This document shows positions 37,449 through 46,604 of a stretch of 64,000 nucleotides of DNA, in pieces. How positions within the stretch are numbered: the first letter of the stretch is position 1; the number at the start of each line of letters is the position of its first letter. Source of the stretch: a virus. Lineage: Duplodnaviria > Caudoviricetes. The notes beneath the pieces are model-generated. The model had not been told where the DNA came from. It ran no database searches and saw only the letters and a list, made by a program, of their open reading frames with translations. Location of the stretch: IMG/VR virus record IMGVR_UViG_2767802241_000002, positions 64,001 to 128,000 of that record; one strand, written 5' to 3'. The translations under genes and the position numbers were made by a program.

Positions 37449-37909
37449 TACGCATCCTCCCCAAGACGGTTTTTCATCATGTAACCAGCTATCAAAGCAT
37501 TGATATTGCGGTGATCGTTGTAGTCAGTGAAATCGCTGAACTGGTTGCCATCGCGTGTGGTTACTGTATTCACGCTAAGCTGGGTCACATCGATAGCAGT
37601 GAACTCAGAACCTGGTACGCCGTAACTGTCTGGAATAGCTTCAAAGTCGAAAGACACATTCAAAGCAAAGTCATCGAGCAGAATATTCGCCGTGCCAGAG
37701 TTGTCACCAGTTAAGACAAGGGACTGCAATTCGTAGGTAGAAGGAATCGCAGCAGGGGAAGCCACTGGAGCCACGGCGTCGGATTTAACGGTACTAAAGC
37801 CGACAGCACCCAATGCGCTACATAGAACAAGCGCGCTAAATGGTCGACGGCGTACAAGAGTTGTAACACCCGATAAACCGGGATTGAAAGAAATGGGTTT
37901 TGCGTTCAT
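37448..37909 (-). CDS. Phage hypothetical protein with N-terminal hydrophobic segment
   Basis: AGGTGG RBS; first gene of the leftward early operon. Confidence 0.75.
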   Translation of the reverse strand: MNAKPISFNPGLSGVTTLVRRRPFSALVLCSALGAVGFSTVKSDAVAPVASPAAIPSTYELQSLVLTGDNSGTANILLDDFALNVSFDFEAIPDSYGVPGSEFTAIDVTQLSVNTVTTRDGNQFSDFTDYNDHRNINALIAGYMMKNRLGEDA

Positions 37910-37979
37910 AATCCACCTGTTGTTGTGAAAAGCCCCGCGTCCGTCCAAAGAGTGGGGCTTTTTGTTGTTTGATGGGCTT

Positions 37980-38032
37980 ATTATTCACTATTGAATAGGA
38001 TTATTCAATATTAAATAATTCATTAGTGAATT
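37980..38032 (-). promoter_or_regulatory. OL operators/pL of prophage 2
   Basis: (T/A)ATTCA-N4-T(G/A)AAT(A/T) at 37982, 38002, 38017; TTGAAT-17-AATAAT on minus strand. Confidence 0.72.
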
Positions 38033-38127
38033 ATTTGTCTATTTATTGATCTTTTTTTATTCTTGGATAAATAAAAACCCACTGCAAGAGTGGGTGTTGA
38101 GGTATAAAAATATATTTTTAATAGACT

Positions 38128-39294
38128 TTACGAAGAGCTGCGTTTAAAATTTTCGTCATTCATACAATATTCTAAAGAATCCCTTAATATGCCAACTGCA
38201 CGATAGATATATTCAGGTTTATCTAAAAATATGGAGCCATTGGCTTGAACCTCAAGTCCAGCCCGATCTAGCTCAGAACGCTTAATCTGATCTATAGGTA
38301 TATTAAAATGTATTGTTGGTCGTTTTCTATTCACATCGTATCTAAAAAGCCATCGATTATTTTTGCCTTGATATAGCATTGAAAAATAGCTTTCTGTATC
38401 TTTTGCAACCAGATCCACATCGGGGAAAAGTTCGGTGACGATTTTTTGCAAATCTAATTCATCCTTAGTTGTGATGATTTTATCATTATCAGGATTTACA
38501 ATATAATCCACATGATCAACAACATTGGAGTCTGTTTCATCTACTTGCTGTTTTTGTTCAATTGGTTGAGCTGTAATAATCGTCGGGGAAGATAATCCCT
38601 TAACAACAGTATCACTAATTACTTGTTGCACAGCTTGCTTAACAAATGGCTGAATGGATTCTAAAAACTTAGTATTAAGTTGGCGAGGAATGCTGGCTTG
38701 TTGGGCAACATAACGTACAAAATCTATATCAGCCTCATTAATACATTTTCTAATAACAGCTTTAAATTGTTGGATATATTGGTTTTCTTCTGCAAAAAAA
38801 CGTAACTTTTCTGCATGAAAGTTATCATGTCTAAATTCTGCTAGCTGTATTAAATCTTCTGGTCTCGACTTAGTGAAATCGATAGTTAAAAATGGTTTCT
38901 CGTCCATTACATTTGTATTAATTAAATCGGTAAAGAATCTCCATTCTCGCCCATTAGTAATAGCCCCAATAGTTACACCAAGACTACTATTAAAATATCT
39001 AGACAGTTGAGGTGCGTGATTAGTTAAATCAGCAGAATAGGATTTTGCCTCAATAAACATAACAGGTTGATTGTTACAATATAGAGCATAATCAACCCTT
39101 TCTGTAGCTTTAACTCCAGGAAAGTCTGCTGCAAATTCTGCTAAAACTTTGGTTGGGTCATAAGGGCTAAACCCCAATATATCAAGAAGTGGCAAGATTA
39201 AAGCTTGCTTAGTAGTTTCCTCTGTAGTGCAGTGTGTACCAACTTTTTTAACATGCTCAATATGATTCTTTAATCTTTCGACAAAATTATCCAT
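38128..39294 (-). CDS. HsdR N-terminal-like PD-(D/E)XK nuclease protein
   Basis: TEETTKQALILPLL..RVDYAL..FIEAK..QLSRYF..TNGREWRFF. Confidence 0.82.
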   Translation of the reverse strand: MDNFVERLKNHIEHVKKVGTHCTTEETTKQALILPLLDILGFSPYDPTKVLAEFAADFPGVKATERVDYALYCNNQPVMFIEAKSYSADLTNHAPQLSRYFNSSLGVTIGAITNGREWRFFTDLINTNVMDEKPFLTIDFTKSRPEDLIQLAEFRHDNFHAEKLRFFAEENQYIQQFKAVIRKCINEADIDFVRYVAQQASIPRQLNTKFLESIQPFVKQAVQQVISDTVVKGLSSPTIITAQPIEQKQQVDETDSNVVDHVDYIVNPDNDKIITTKDELDLQKIVTELFPDVDLVAKDTESYFSMLYQGKNNRWLFRYDVNRKRPTIHFNIPIDQIKRSELDRAGLEVQANGSIFLDKPEYIYRAVGILRDSLEYCMNDENFKRSSS

Positions 39295-39433
39295 TTTTAC
39301 CCCAAATAAATTAACAGTTAAGATTTCACTATATTTGTTTTGCTGAACGACTTAATGTGGTTTCCAGACAAATATTAGTTTCAGTTTTGCAATTACTCAA
39401 CAATAAGAGCTTGCTTGTATTTAATGCATGCTT

Positions 39434-40150
39434 TTACCATTTCTCTATTCTAGCAATCTGCCAAACCCAGCCAATAACCTCAAACTGCTGGCTTGCAATT
39501 TCATTGGCTGTTAGTGTGATCTCTGGGAATTCGGCATCATTATCAGAAACAATTCGAACCCCACCAAAAGGCAGGTTGTATAGGCGTTTGGCATAGTGAA
39601 GCCCACCAATGCATACTGCGAAAATCTTGCCATCTTTAATAGTTTTGCGTCCCAGATCAACATGAATCGTATCGCCATCACTAATAGTTGGGCTCATTGA
39701 ATCGCCTGAGGCTGTTGCAGCTACAGCATTTTCTTTTGTGATGGATAGATTTCTTAGAGTTGCTTTAGGTATTCTTAATTTGCGTGTTTCGTTTGCAATA
39801 TATTCGTTAATACACCCAGAACCACATGCAAAGGAAAAATCCTTAAAGAAGGGAATCTCTACCTCATCATCATCCAAAGGTGTTGTTTCATCCCAAGATT
39901 CTACACGAACAAATTCTTTTTGCTTGCCGCCTGTTTTTTCAAGTAATTGAATATCAATATCAAGTAAATCACCAGGCGTATATCCAGACCAAGCTGAAAG
40001 AGCTTCTAGTGTGCTTCTTCTTGGGTTTTCCGTAAGACCTTGTTGAATCCGAAAGACTGTAGCTTGAGGAATATTATGCTCTTTACTCAACTCATTCGGA
40101 TTGGTCTTATGTTTTTCTAGCAAGTACTCAATATTGGATTTAAGAAACAT
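39434..40150 (-). CDS. cI: CI-like repressor (HTH + S24 peptidase)
   Basis: HTH N-terminus; ACGSG cleavage site; GDSMSPT and AKRL catalytic motifs. Confidence 0.92.
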   Translation of the reverse strand: MFLKSNIEYLLEKHKTNPNELSKEHNIPQATVFRIQQGLTENPRRSTLEALSAWSGYTPGDLLDIDIQLLEKTGGKQKEFVRVESWDETTPLDDDEVEIPFFKDFSFACGSGCINEYIANETRKLRIPKATLRNLSITKENAVAATASGDSMSPTISDGDTIHVDLGRKTIKDGKIFAVCIGGLHYAKRLYNLPFGGVRIVSDNDAEFPEITLTANEIASQQFEVIGWVWQIARIEKW

Positions 40151-40181
40151 AAAGCAAGAACTCCAAATCAATAATTCATTT

Positions 40182-40253
40182 TATTCAAAAAAGAATATTT
40201 CATAAAGATATAATTCACTTATGCATTGACTTCTATTCACTAATGAATAAAAT
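40182..40253. promoter_or_regulatory. OR operators/pR
   Basis: Palindromes at 40182, 40212, 40234 (TATTCACTAATGAATA); TTGACT-16-TAAAAT. Confidence 0.75.
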
Positions 40254-40273
40254 AGGTGTAAAGGAGGAATCTT

Positions 40274-40483
40274 ATGAATATTCAAGAAAAAATTTTGTTT
40301 TTAAGAGGTCGGGGATTAACCCAGTCTCAGATCTGTGCATTCACAGGAATTTCCCAAAGCTCAGTTTCTAAAATAGAAAATGGTGAGCAATCTGATGTGA
40401 CATACCGAAAAGGCATTGCTCTAGATATTCTTGTCAGTAGTGAACAAACAAAAAACCAAAGTGATAGCAAATTAATTGCATAG
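40274..40483 (+). CDS. cro: Cro-like HTH protein
   Basis: GLTQSQICAFTGISQSSVSKIENG; divergent from cI. Confidence 0.88.
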   Translation: MNIQEKILFLRGRGLTQSQICAFTGISQSSVSKIENGEQSDVTYRKGIALDILVSSEQTKNQSDSKLIA

Positions 40484-40492
40484 GAGAATCCA

Positions 40493-40777
40493 ATGCCTAA
40501 ATCTACTGGTCGCTTCCGACCAAAAAGAAATGAAAAGAAAACTATCTGCATGTCAACACACTTGGATGATGAGGTTGCAGAGCATATTGCTACTAAGGCG
40601 TATGAGCGTGAATGGTCAAATAGCCAGTATTTAAGATGGTTAGCCATACAAGATAAGAAGCGTTGTGAAGATGACGATGATCTTACGGCGTATGTATCTG
40701 GTACACCAAGAGAACAGATAAATCCGTTCAGACGAACTGAACTTTGCGAACACTGCGAACGGAAATTGGACAAATAA
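40493..40777 (+). CDS. CII-position regulator (RHH-like)
   Basis: After cro; WSNSQYLRWL; AGGAG RBS. Confidence 0.65.
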   Translation: MPKSTGRFRPKRNEKKTICMSTHLDDEVAEHIATKAYEREWSNSQYLRWLAIQDKKRCEDDDDLTAYVSGTPREQINPFRRTELCEHCERKLDK

Positions 40778-40835
40778 AAACCGCTTCCAGCGGGAACTGG
40801 AAAGCGGTCAGTAACTTAAATCGTGAGATTCAAAT

Positions 40836-41096
40836 ATGAAATCAAATATATCAAAACCATCCGTAGCAAGCAATGACACGGCGACAGATTACATTGTTGG
40901 TGATGTGGTTGTTTATGAGGATGGGATTATCGGCTTATCCTCTCTTCAAACAATTGAAGCTTACCAGCCAGATGATCATTACTGGCTTGCAGGTGGTCAG
41001 TTAGTTCATGCAACCCACATCCGCCACGCGACCACGGCTGAAATTACCGCACGGCGCCGTTTAGACATTTCAACAAATGGGGTGTTGATCGCATGA
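40836..41096 (+). CDS. Small phage protein
   Basis: VGDVVV..IRHATTAEI family; paralogs at <1-211 and 44192-44410. Confidence 0.75.
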   Translation: MKSNISKPSVASNDTATDYIVGDVVVYEDGIIGLSSLQTIEAYQPDDHYWLAGGQLVHATHIRHATTAEITARRRLDISTNGVLIA

Positions 41097-41385
41097 ATAC
41101 ACAATTTCAAGCACCGTCGGTGGACCACTGGCAACAGCAGAATATCCAATCTTTCCATGAGCCAGCATTAAGAATGCTGAATGACATGCTGGAGCGCAAG
41201 AAAGAAAATCTTAGACGCCGTGGTTATAACGAAAACAATGCTGCAGTGACGAAAGAGGAGTTAGCACGTTCGATGGAGCGTTATTTTCGTATTGCCAATT
41301 TTTTAGCGCAGCGGATTGTTAAAAGCATGGTGAATGCCGGGGTTGTTGAATCATTTGGTAGCTATGTAAAGCCCAAGGTGGTGCG
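41017..41385 (+). repeat. Near-identical direct repeat A, copy 2
   Basis: Matches about 131-500. Confidence 0.9.
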
Positions 41386-41392
41386 GGTATGA
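41093..41392 (+). CDS. Conserved phage early protein
   Basis: Near-identical to 208-504. Confidence 0.85.
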   Translation: MNTQFQAPSVDHWQQQNIQSFHEPALRMLNDMLERKKENLRRRGYNENNAAVTKEELARSMERYFRIANFLAQRIVKSMVNAGVVESFGSYVKPKVVRV

Positions 41393-42249
41393 GCCACTAT
41401 GCAACGCTAGCTAGCTTGGGGAGAGCGATCGCTTACTTCCCCCAGCTTGGCATTTATTTAGGTAATCCATTGGCAGGTATTTTCTTAAGCCAGTTAATTT
41501 ATTGGCATGATAAAACTGAGAATGAACTTGGGGTTTATAAGACTTCAGAGGAGTGGACAGAGGAAACAGGACTGTCTTACAGACAGCAGGCAACAGCACG
41601 CACATTGCTCAAAAAATTAGGTCTTATAACTGAAACTGAAAAACGTTTAGAACATAAATTGTACTTCAAACTCAACATAAATAAGTTTGATCTGTGGTTT
41701 GAAAACTGTACTAATTTTAAGCGAATTGGCGAACAACAAAAATGTAATTCGCGAGATGCGGATAGTGAAACTCCCGAACGACGAAAACGCAATTCGGGGG
41801 AATACGAAAGCGCAGTTCGGGGGGATACGGATGCGCAATTCGTTATACACAAGATTACTACAGAGAATACTTCAAATATATCTCTCTTAGCGAATGAGCA
41901 AAATTCGACTGAGTCAGATTCGCGTTTTGCAATAGATTTAACCACTGCGAATACAAGATTAAAAATGCGAGGTTTGCAAGAAATCACTCAGGCTGAGCTC
42001 AGTGAGCTTTTGGATGCGATGTATTTGGAATATGGGCATCGTGGTGAGATGGTAAAAAACCAAGTACTAGGGAAGTTGGTGCAATGGGTAGATCGTAAGC
42101 AAAACACACCTCTGATTACTGGGACTAGGAAAAGCCAAACATCACGATCAACAGGCGCATTGAACCGCAATGTCAATGATGCATGGGCTAATCAACCACG
42201 GTATCAAGGACCAGTTGAGCACACTGAAATACCGGAGGATTTTATCTGA
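41389..42249 (+). CDS. Phage replication initiator
   Basis: AGIFLSQLIYW..YKTSEEWTEETGLS wHTH; internal repeats; followed by DnaC-like gene. Confidence 0.82.
   Translation: MSHYATLASLGRAIAYFPQLGIYLGNPLAGIFLSQLIYWHDKTENELGVYKTSEEWTEETGLSYRQQATARTLLKKLGLITETEKRLEHKLYFKLNINKFDLWFENCTNFKRIGEQQKCNSRDADSETPERRKRNSGEYESAVRGDTDAQFVIHKITTENTSNISLLANEQNSTESDSRFAIDLTTANTRLKMRGLQEITQAELSELLDAMYLEYGHRGEMVKNQVLGKLVQWVDRKQNTPLITGTRKSQTSRSTGALNRNVNDAWANQPRYQGPVEHTEIPEDFI
41736..41846. repeat. Origin iterons of prophage 2 (about 23-bp period)
   Basis: ACGAAAACGCAATTCGGGGGAAT at 41781, variants at 41804 and 41827, degenerate unit at 41736. Confidence 0.65.
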
Positions 42250-43004
42250 TGAATGCAATCTCTCTAATTAACCAAGGTTTTCAACAAACCCAAGAATATT
42301 GCGCAACACATCAAGTTGCAAAGGTTCAAGCTGGATCACATCAAATTTGCCCTAAGTGCGCCGTGATTGAAGTTGAATCAAATAACAGAAATCGTCAGGC
42401 GGAAATTGATCGCATGGTTCGTGAAAAACATTTCTCAGGTGCCATGCTTCCAGTGCGTCATGCCGACTCTGGTTTTAAGAATTACATAATTAACCCAAAC
42501 AACCTTGGTCAGGCGAATGCAAGAAGCCAATGTGTGAATTATACGAAATCGATTGCTGCAGGCGTTAAATCGAATTTAATCATGGTTGGTAGTACTGGGA
42601 CGGGTAAAACCCATTTGGCGGTTGCCACGGCGCGCACATTGCTCAACAAAGGCATGTTTGTACGCTACATCACAAGTGAAGAGCTAGCCCAGCGAATCAT
42701 GAATGCTTGGGATAGGGACAGCAAAGGTCAATCAGAGGAATCAATAATCCATGATTTCACACAGTATCACTTACTTATCTTGGATGAATATGGGTTACAT
42801 GATCGTGAAAAACGTCTAGAGCTGGTTCATAAAGTTTTGTATGCACGCTATGACGCTGGTAAGCCAACGATGTTGATTTCAAATTTCACCATGGCTGATT
42901 TACAGAAAGACTTAGGCGACCGTCTTTGGTCTCGTTTTCAGCATGACGGTTTGACGGTGGTTGAGTGTAATTGGGCTGATCAGCGAGTGGGGGAAGTGGC
43001 GTGA
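42249..43004 (+). CDS. DnaC/IstB-like helicase loader
   Basis: GSTGTGKTHL, LLILDEYG, PTMLISN, LGDRLWSR. Confidence 0.9.
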   Translation: MNAISLINQGFQQTQEYCATHQVAKVQAGSHQICPKCAVIEVESNNRNRQAEIDRMVREKHFSGAMLPVRHADSGFKNYIINPNNLGQANARSQCVNYTKSIAAGVKSNLIMVGSTGTGKTHLAVATARTLLNKGMFVRYITSEELAQRIMNAWDRDSKGQSEESIIHDFTQYHLLILDEYGLHDREKRLELVHKVLYARYDAGKPTMLISNFTMADLQKDLGDRLWSRFQHDGLTVVECNWADQRVGEVA

Positions 43005-43974
43005 AAGATCCTTTAGATAATAAAACTCTCGATTGGTGTGAAGAAATTACAAAAGGTGGTTTGAATGAGTTGGCTCTTTTCGCAGGCGCTGGTGGTGGAA
43101 TACTCGGATCGCATCTCATGGGATGGAACACAGTCTGCGCAGTTGAACGTGATGCCTACGCCGCACAAGTTCTGGCGCAACGACAAAACGATGGAATTCT
43201 CAAGCCTTTCCCGATTTGGTCTGACGTTACAACTTTTGACGGAAAGCCGTGGCGAGGAATTATTGACGTTATATCTGGCGGATTTCCATGCCAGGACATC
43301 AGTTCGGCCGGAAAGGGTGCTGGAATCGATGGGGAGCGCTCAGGACTTTGGTTGGAGATGGCGCGAATTATCAGTGAAGTACGACCGGCATTCGTGTTCG
43401 TGGAAAACTCACCAATGCTTGTGGGAAGAGGACTTACCAGAGTCATTGGTGATCTTACCCAAATGGGGTATGACGCAAAATGGGCTCGTCTTTCAGCATC
43501 CAACTTTGGAGCGCCCCATCAACGCGATCGGCTCTGGATTGTTGCCCACACCCAAGGCGTCAGATCACAAGAACAGAACATCACCAGCAGATTTCAATCG
43601 CAAATCGCCCGGACTAAGCGCAATAGTTCATACATGGCCGACACCCAAAGCATCAGATTGGAACAAACGCGGCAAAGTCAGTGCAGATCCACGCAATGGT
43701 TTACCGGGTGCGGTGATGAATTTTCCTACTCCAACAGCATCGGATGCAAACAAGTGGAGCAACGAGTCTCTGGAGGAACGCAAAGCCAAGGGCAGACAAG
43801 TGCGACTCAATACAGCGGTATCACCCCAAGGGGGAGCTGGTGGCATGTTGAACCCGACTGGGTCGAGTGGCTAATGGGGTGGCCCATCGGGTGGACAGAC
43901 TTAAAGCCATTGGCAATGGGCAAGTTTCAGAAGTGGCAAGAAGCGCATTTGAAATATTAGGCGGTGCAGCATGA
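43001..43974 (+). CDS. DNA (cytosine-5) methyltransferase alpha chain; apparent 1-nt deletion near 43858
   Basis: LFAGAGG, GGFPCQD, VENS, HQRDR; motif X (RLKAIGNGQV) lies in the -1 frame ending 43974, coupled to the next ATG. Confidence 0.85.
43065..43960 (+). CDS. Overlapping alternative-frame MTase partner (beta-like); shifted by the same indel
   Basis: 269-codon ORF with three PTPxASD repeats; restoring one base joins LNPT to WVEWLMGWPIGWT (motif IX-like). Confidence 0.7.
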
Positions 43975-44195
43975 TCCATCAAAAACAATTAGAAAGCGCG
44001 GCATTGGCGGCGGAAGTTGAAAAGTTTTTAGCGAAGGGTGGGAAGGTCAAGCAGATCGTCAATGAGCCTGTCAAGGTTAAACATGGCACAAGCGATCAGT
44101 ATAAAAAGCGCAGTTGTCGTTGTGAAAAATGTATGGCTTGGGCGTTGAAAACTGGCGTTATTAAGACGACAAAATTAAAAGGGACTAAGGCATGA
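43971..44195 (+). CDS. Small phage protein
   Basis: FLAKGGKV and HGT..Y..CRCEKC zinc-like motif; coupled starts. Confidence 0.7.
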   Translation: MIHQKQLESAALAAEVEKFLAKGGKVKQIVNEPVKVKHGTSDQYKKRSCRCEKCMAWALKTGVIKTTKLKGTKA

Positions 44196-44410
44196 CTATG
44201 ACTGACTTTAAAGTGGGGGATTTGGTGGTTGCTGTTCATCCAATGGATAGAAGTTTATGTACTGTTGAGCGAGTTAGCAGTAATGCATTAAGAGCAATAA
44301 CGGCAGATAGGAGTTTTGCGTTAATTGGCCTTCCATGTGATTTCAGGCCTGCAACACCAGAAGAAATCGCAGCAGGACGTCGTTTGGAGGTGATCAATGA
44401 AAGCGAATGA
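44192..44410 (+). CDS. Small phage protein
   Basis: FKVGDLVV..FRPATPEEIAAGRRL. Confidence 0.7.
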   Translation: MTMTDFKVGDLVVAVHPMDRSLCTVERVSSNALRAITADRSFALIGLPCDFRPATPEEIAAGRRLEVINESE

Positions 44411-44717
44411 GTTTGTTAAGCAGCTTGGCTGGTTAAAAGCGTGCTCGGTCGTAAATCACTATTCTGGTGTTGTTGAGTACAAGTCGAGGGATGGGGATTT
44501 GCTGTTTAAATTTCACGTTAATGATCTTAAGCGCCTCGTTGAGTCGCATGAGATTGTTGCGATTCACGGGCTGGAGAAGTCTAAGGAAATCGTAGCCAAT
44601 GCACCTAGTGATGATCATTACTATTCATGGGTATTGGGTGGTTCTGGTGTTCACGATAAGACTGTCAACATCGGAGAGTTGCGAAAAGCCATTGCCGACG
44701 TGGAGAGCTGCCAGTGA
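44397..44717 (+). CDS. Phage hypothetical protein
   Basis: GGAGG RBS; coupled ORF. Confidence 0.7.
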   Translation: MKANEFVKQLGWLKACSVVNHYSGVVEYKSRDGDLLFKFHVNDLKRLVESHEIVAIHGLEKSKEIVANAPSDDHYYSWVLGGSGVHDKTVNIGELRKAIADVESCQ

Positions 44718-45106
44718 AATTAACAAAAGAACAACGCGAACAGCTTAAGCAAAAGTACGGCGGTCATTGTGCTTATTGTGGGTGCACATTAAGCGACAAG
44801 TGGCATGCTGATCATTTTGAACCTATACGCCGTAATAACGATGGTACATGTTTAAATCCTGAGCTTGATGTATTTCAAAACCTTATGCCAGCTTGTCCTG
44901 TATGCAATAAAAATAAGCATTCATATCCTTTGGAGTACTGGCGAAAAACACTCGAGGATGCAAATAGAAAATTAACCAAATATGTAGCTAATTATCGTTT
45001 GGCCCTCATGTTTGGGCAAGTCAAGGAGACAACTCAACCAGTAGTTTTTTATTTTGAAAGGTATGGCACACCTGATGTTATTCGGGAGGCATCAAATGAA
45101 AGATAA
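44714..45106 (+). CDS. HNH endonuclease
   Basis: CAYCG..ADHFEP..NLMPACPVCNKNK. Confidence 0.88.
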   Translation: MKLTKEQREQLKQKYGGHCAYCGCTLSDKWHADHFEPIRRNNDGTCLNPELDVFQNLMPACPVCNKNKHSYPLEYWRKTLEDANRKLTKYVANYRLALMFGQVKETTQPVVFYFERYGTPDVIREASNER

Positions 45107-45200
45107 AAACATTCTAGCGCTGGCGATCGTTGTGTATTTGGTGCTGTGCGCCGTGGCTAATGGGTCTGAGTCGGTTAATCATGCTGTGGCGTATCTATGA
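45096..45200 (+). CDS. 34-aa membrane peptide (not in ORF track)
   Basis: MKDKNILALAIVVYLVLCAVA..HAVAYL; homolog of 2997-3116. Confidence 0.68.
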   Translation: MKDKNILALAIVVYLVLCAVANGSESVNHAVAYL

Positions 45201-45424
45201 ACATGACGACAGATCGAGATTTACAGAGCGAGTTCAATGAATTACTTGCATTCAATGAGCGCATTGATCGTGAGCGAAATATGTATCGAGATCAAGCAAG
45301 GATGTATAAACAGCGTAATGCTAGCGCTAAATCGCTTGTAGATAGTCATTTTCGGTTTAATAAAGACAATCCTGAAATGACATTGAAAGCTATTCAGCGC
45401 GCACTTATTGGGACTGGTGATTAG
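45197..45424 (+). CDS. Phage hypothetical protein
   Basis: ATGA-coupled helical ORF. Confidence 0.65.
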   Translation: MNMTTDRDLQSEFNELLAFNERIDRERNMYRDQARMYKQRNASAKSLVDSHFRFNKDNPEMTLKAIQRALIGTGD

Positions 45425-45828
45425 TGAGCAGCATTCCATTAGCTGAATATCGAAAGATGATCAAAGCCAGACCTAAGGTTAAATCACGGCGTCCGGTGCG
45501 CCGTGGTACTAAGACTGTTAGTGAAGGTGAAGCAACACTGGCTCAGCATCTAAAGGCCCATGGCATTGAGTTTGTTCAAGAGTTTAAATTCTGCGAGACG
45601 CGAAAATGGCGGGCTGATTTTCATATCGTTGGGCATAAATTGCTTGTCGAAGTGGAAGGTGGGATTTGGTCAGGTGGCAGGCATACACGCGGTAAGGGTT
45701 ATCAGGCAGATATGGAGAAGTACAACGCGGCAACGATGCTGGGCTATACGGTACTAAGGTTTAGCACGGCGGATGTGAAGAGTGGTGGAGCGATAGAAAG
45801 TATTAAGGGGATGGTGGGTAATGCGTAG
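45424..45828 (+). CDS. PD-(D/E)XK endonuclease (DUF559/Vsr-like); repeat B copy 2
   Basis: Near-identical to 3113-3514. Confidence 0.85.
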   Translation: MSSIPLAEYRKMIKARPKVKSRRPVRRGTKTVSEGEATLAQHLKAHGIEFVQEFKFCETRKWRADFHIVGHKLLVEVEGGIWSGGRHTRGKGYQADMEKYNAATMLGYTVLRFSTADVKSGGAIESIKGMVGNA

Positions 45829-45979
45829 GAATAATAACCAATGGCTGCATATCTTGGTATTTATTGTATTTGCGATTTGTGCTGTGGCATTCGATGCATA
45901 CAACACGATTCAAGTCTGTAAAACGCAGGATGTGTATTGGGTTAGTGGTACGCAGCATACGTGTAAATGGTTTAAGTGA
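45821..45979 (+). CDS. 52-aa single-TM protein (not in ORF track)
   Basis: MRRNNNQWLHILVFIVFAICAVAFDAY..CKWFK; fills the gap before Q. Confidence 0.6.
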   Translation: MRRNNNQWLHILVFIVFAICAVAFDAYNTIQVCKTQDVYWVSGTQHTCKWFK

Positions 45980-45989
45980 GGTGGTGGCG

Positions 45990-46482
45990 ATGGGTGCAGC
46001 AGTAACGATTATGCAAGCAACAGATTGGAAGAAATACAGTTTTGAAGAATGGTGCCGACAGCTAGGTGCATGGATCAATGGTGATAACGAAACCATGGTG
46101 CGTGTCGTAAAAACCATGCCGCTAAAACGGAATTACTCAAAAACATAGAGAAAAGTTACTGGCCATGTATATGAGTGATGAAGACTTAAAAGACCGATTA
46201 TGCGTGCGCCGTAGGGGTACATGTTGTCAATTGGATAGTAATGAAGCGCGTGCAATTCAAAAGCTTTTAATTGACCTTCAGTCGGTTGATGATGAAATTG
46301 TTCAAGAGTGGATTGGGGCAATCTGGTGGCATTATGTTATGGGTGAGTCGATTCGTGACATCGCAAGCAGTAATAACACTTATGTGGCCCAAATACAGCA
46401 GGATATTAGATGCGGCTTGGCATTTATTAAATCCCGTTACCCTAATTTTGAGATTGAGAAATTTACCAAGACTAAAAGTTAA
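45990..46482 (+). CDS. Q-like antiterminator, split by a +1 indel near 46130
   Basis: N-terminus AAVTIMQATDW matches prophage 1 Q; continuation ITQKHREKLLAMYMS in the shifted frame. Confidence 0.7.
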
Positions 46483-46496
46483 AATATTTAACACTC

Positions 46497-46525
46497 TTGA
46501 CTGTATATACAGGGTATGGCATATT
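46497..46525 (+). promoter_or_regulatory. Late promoter (pR'-like)
   Basis: TTGACT-17 bp-CATATT after Q. Confidence 0.65.
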
Positions 46526-46563
46526 TGTGTTAAGTTGGCGATTTATGTATTTAACGCCGTTTA

Positions 46564-46588
46564 AAGCCTCGCACTTGCGGGGGTTTTT
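46564..46588 (+). terminator. Intrinsic terminator (tR'-like)
   Basis: GCCTCGC-ACTT-GCGGGGG + T run; homologous to 4120-4143. Confidence 0.72.
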
Positions 46589-46604
46589 ATATGCGGGAGT
46601 ATGT

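Noticed and set aside
40327-40773. 148-aa minus-strand ORF
   Set aside because: Antisense to cro and the CII-position gene, which have strong RBS and motifs
45864-46148. 94-aa ORF as listed
   Set aside because: Only the part from ATG 45990 is real (Q N-terminus); the upstream part overlaps the 45821-45979 gene
46501-46512. CTGTATATACAG as a LexA box
   Set aside because: Spacer is 4 nt rather than 8; it lies in the late-promoter spacer and is more likely Q-related
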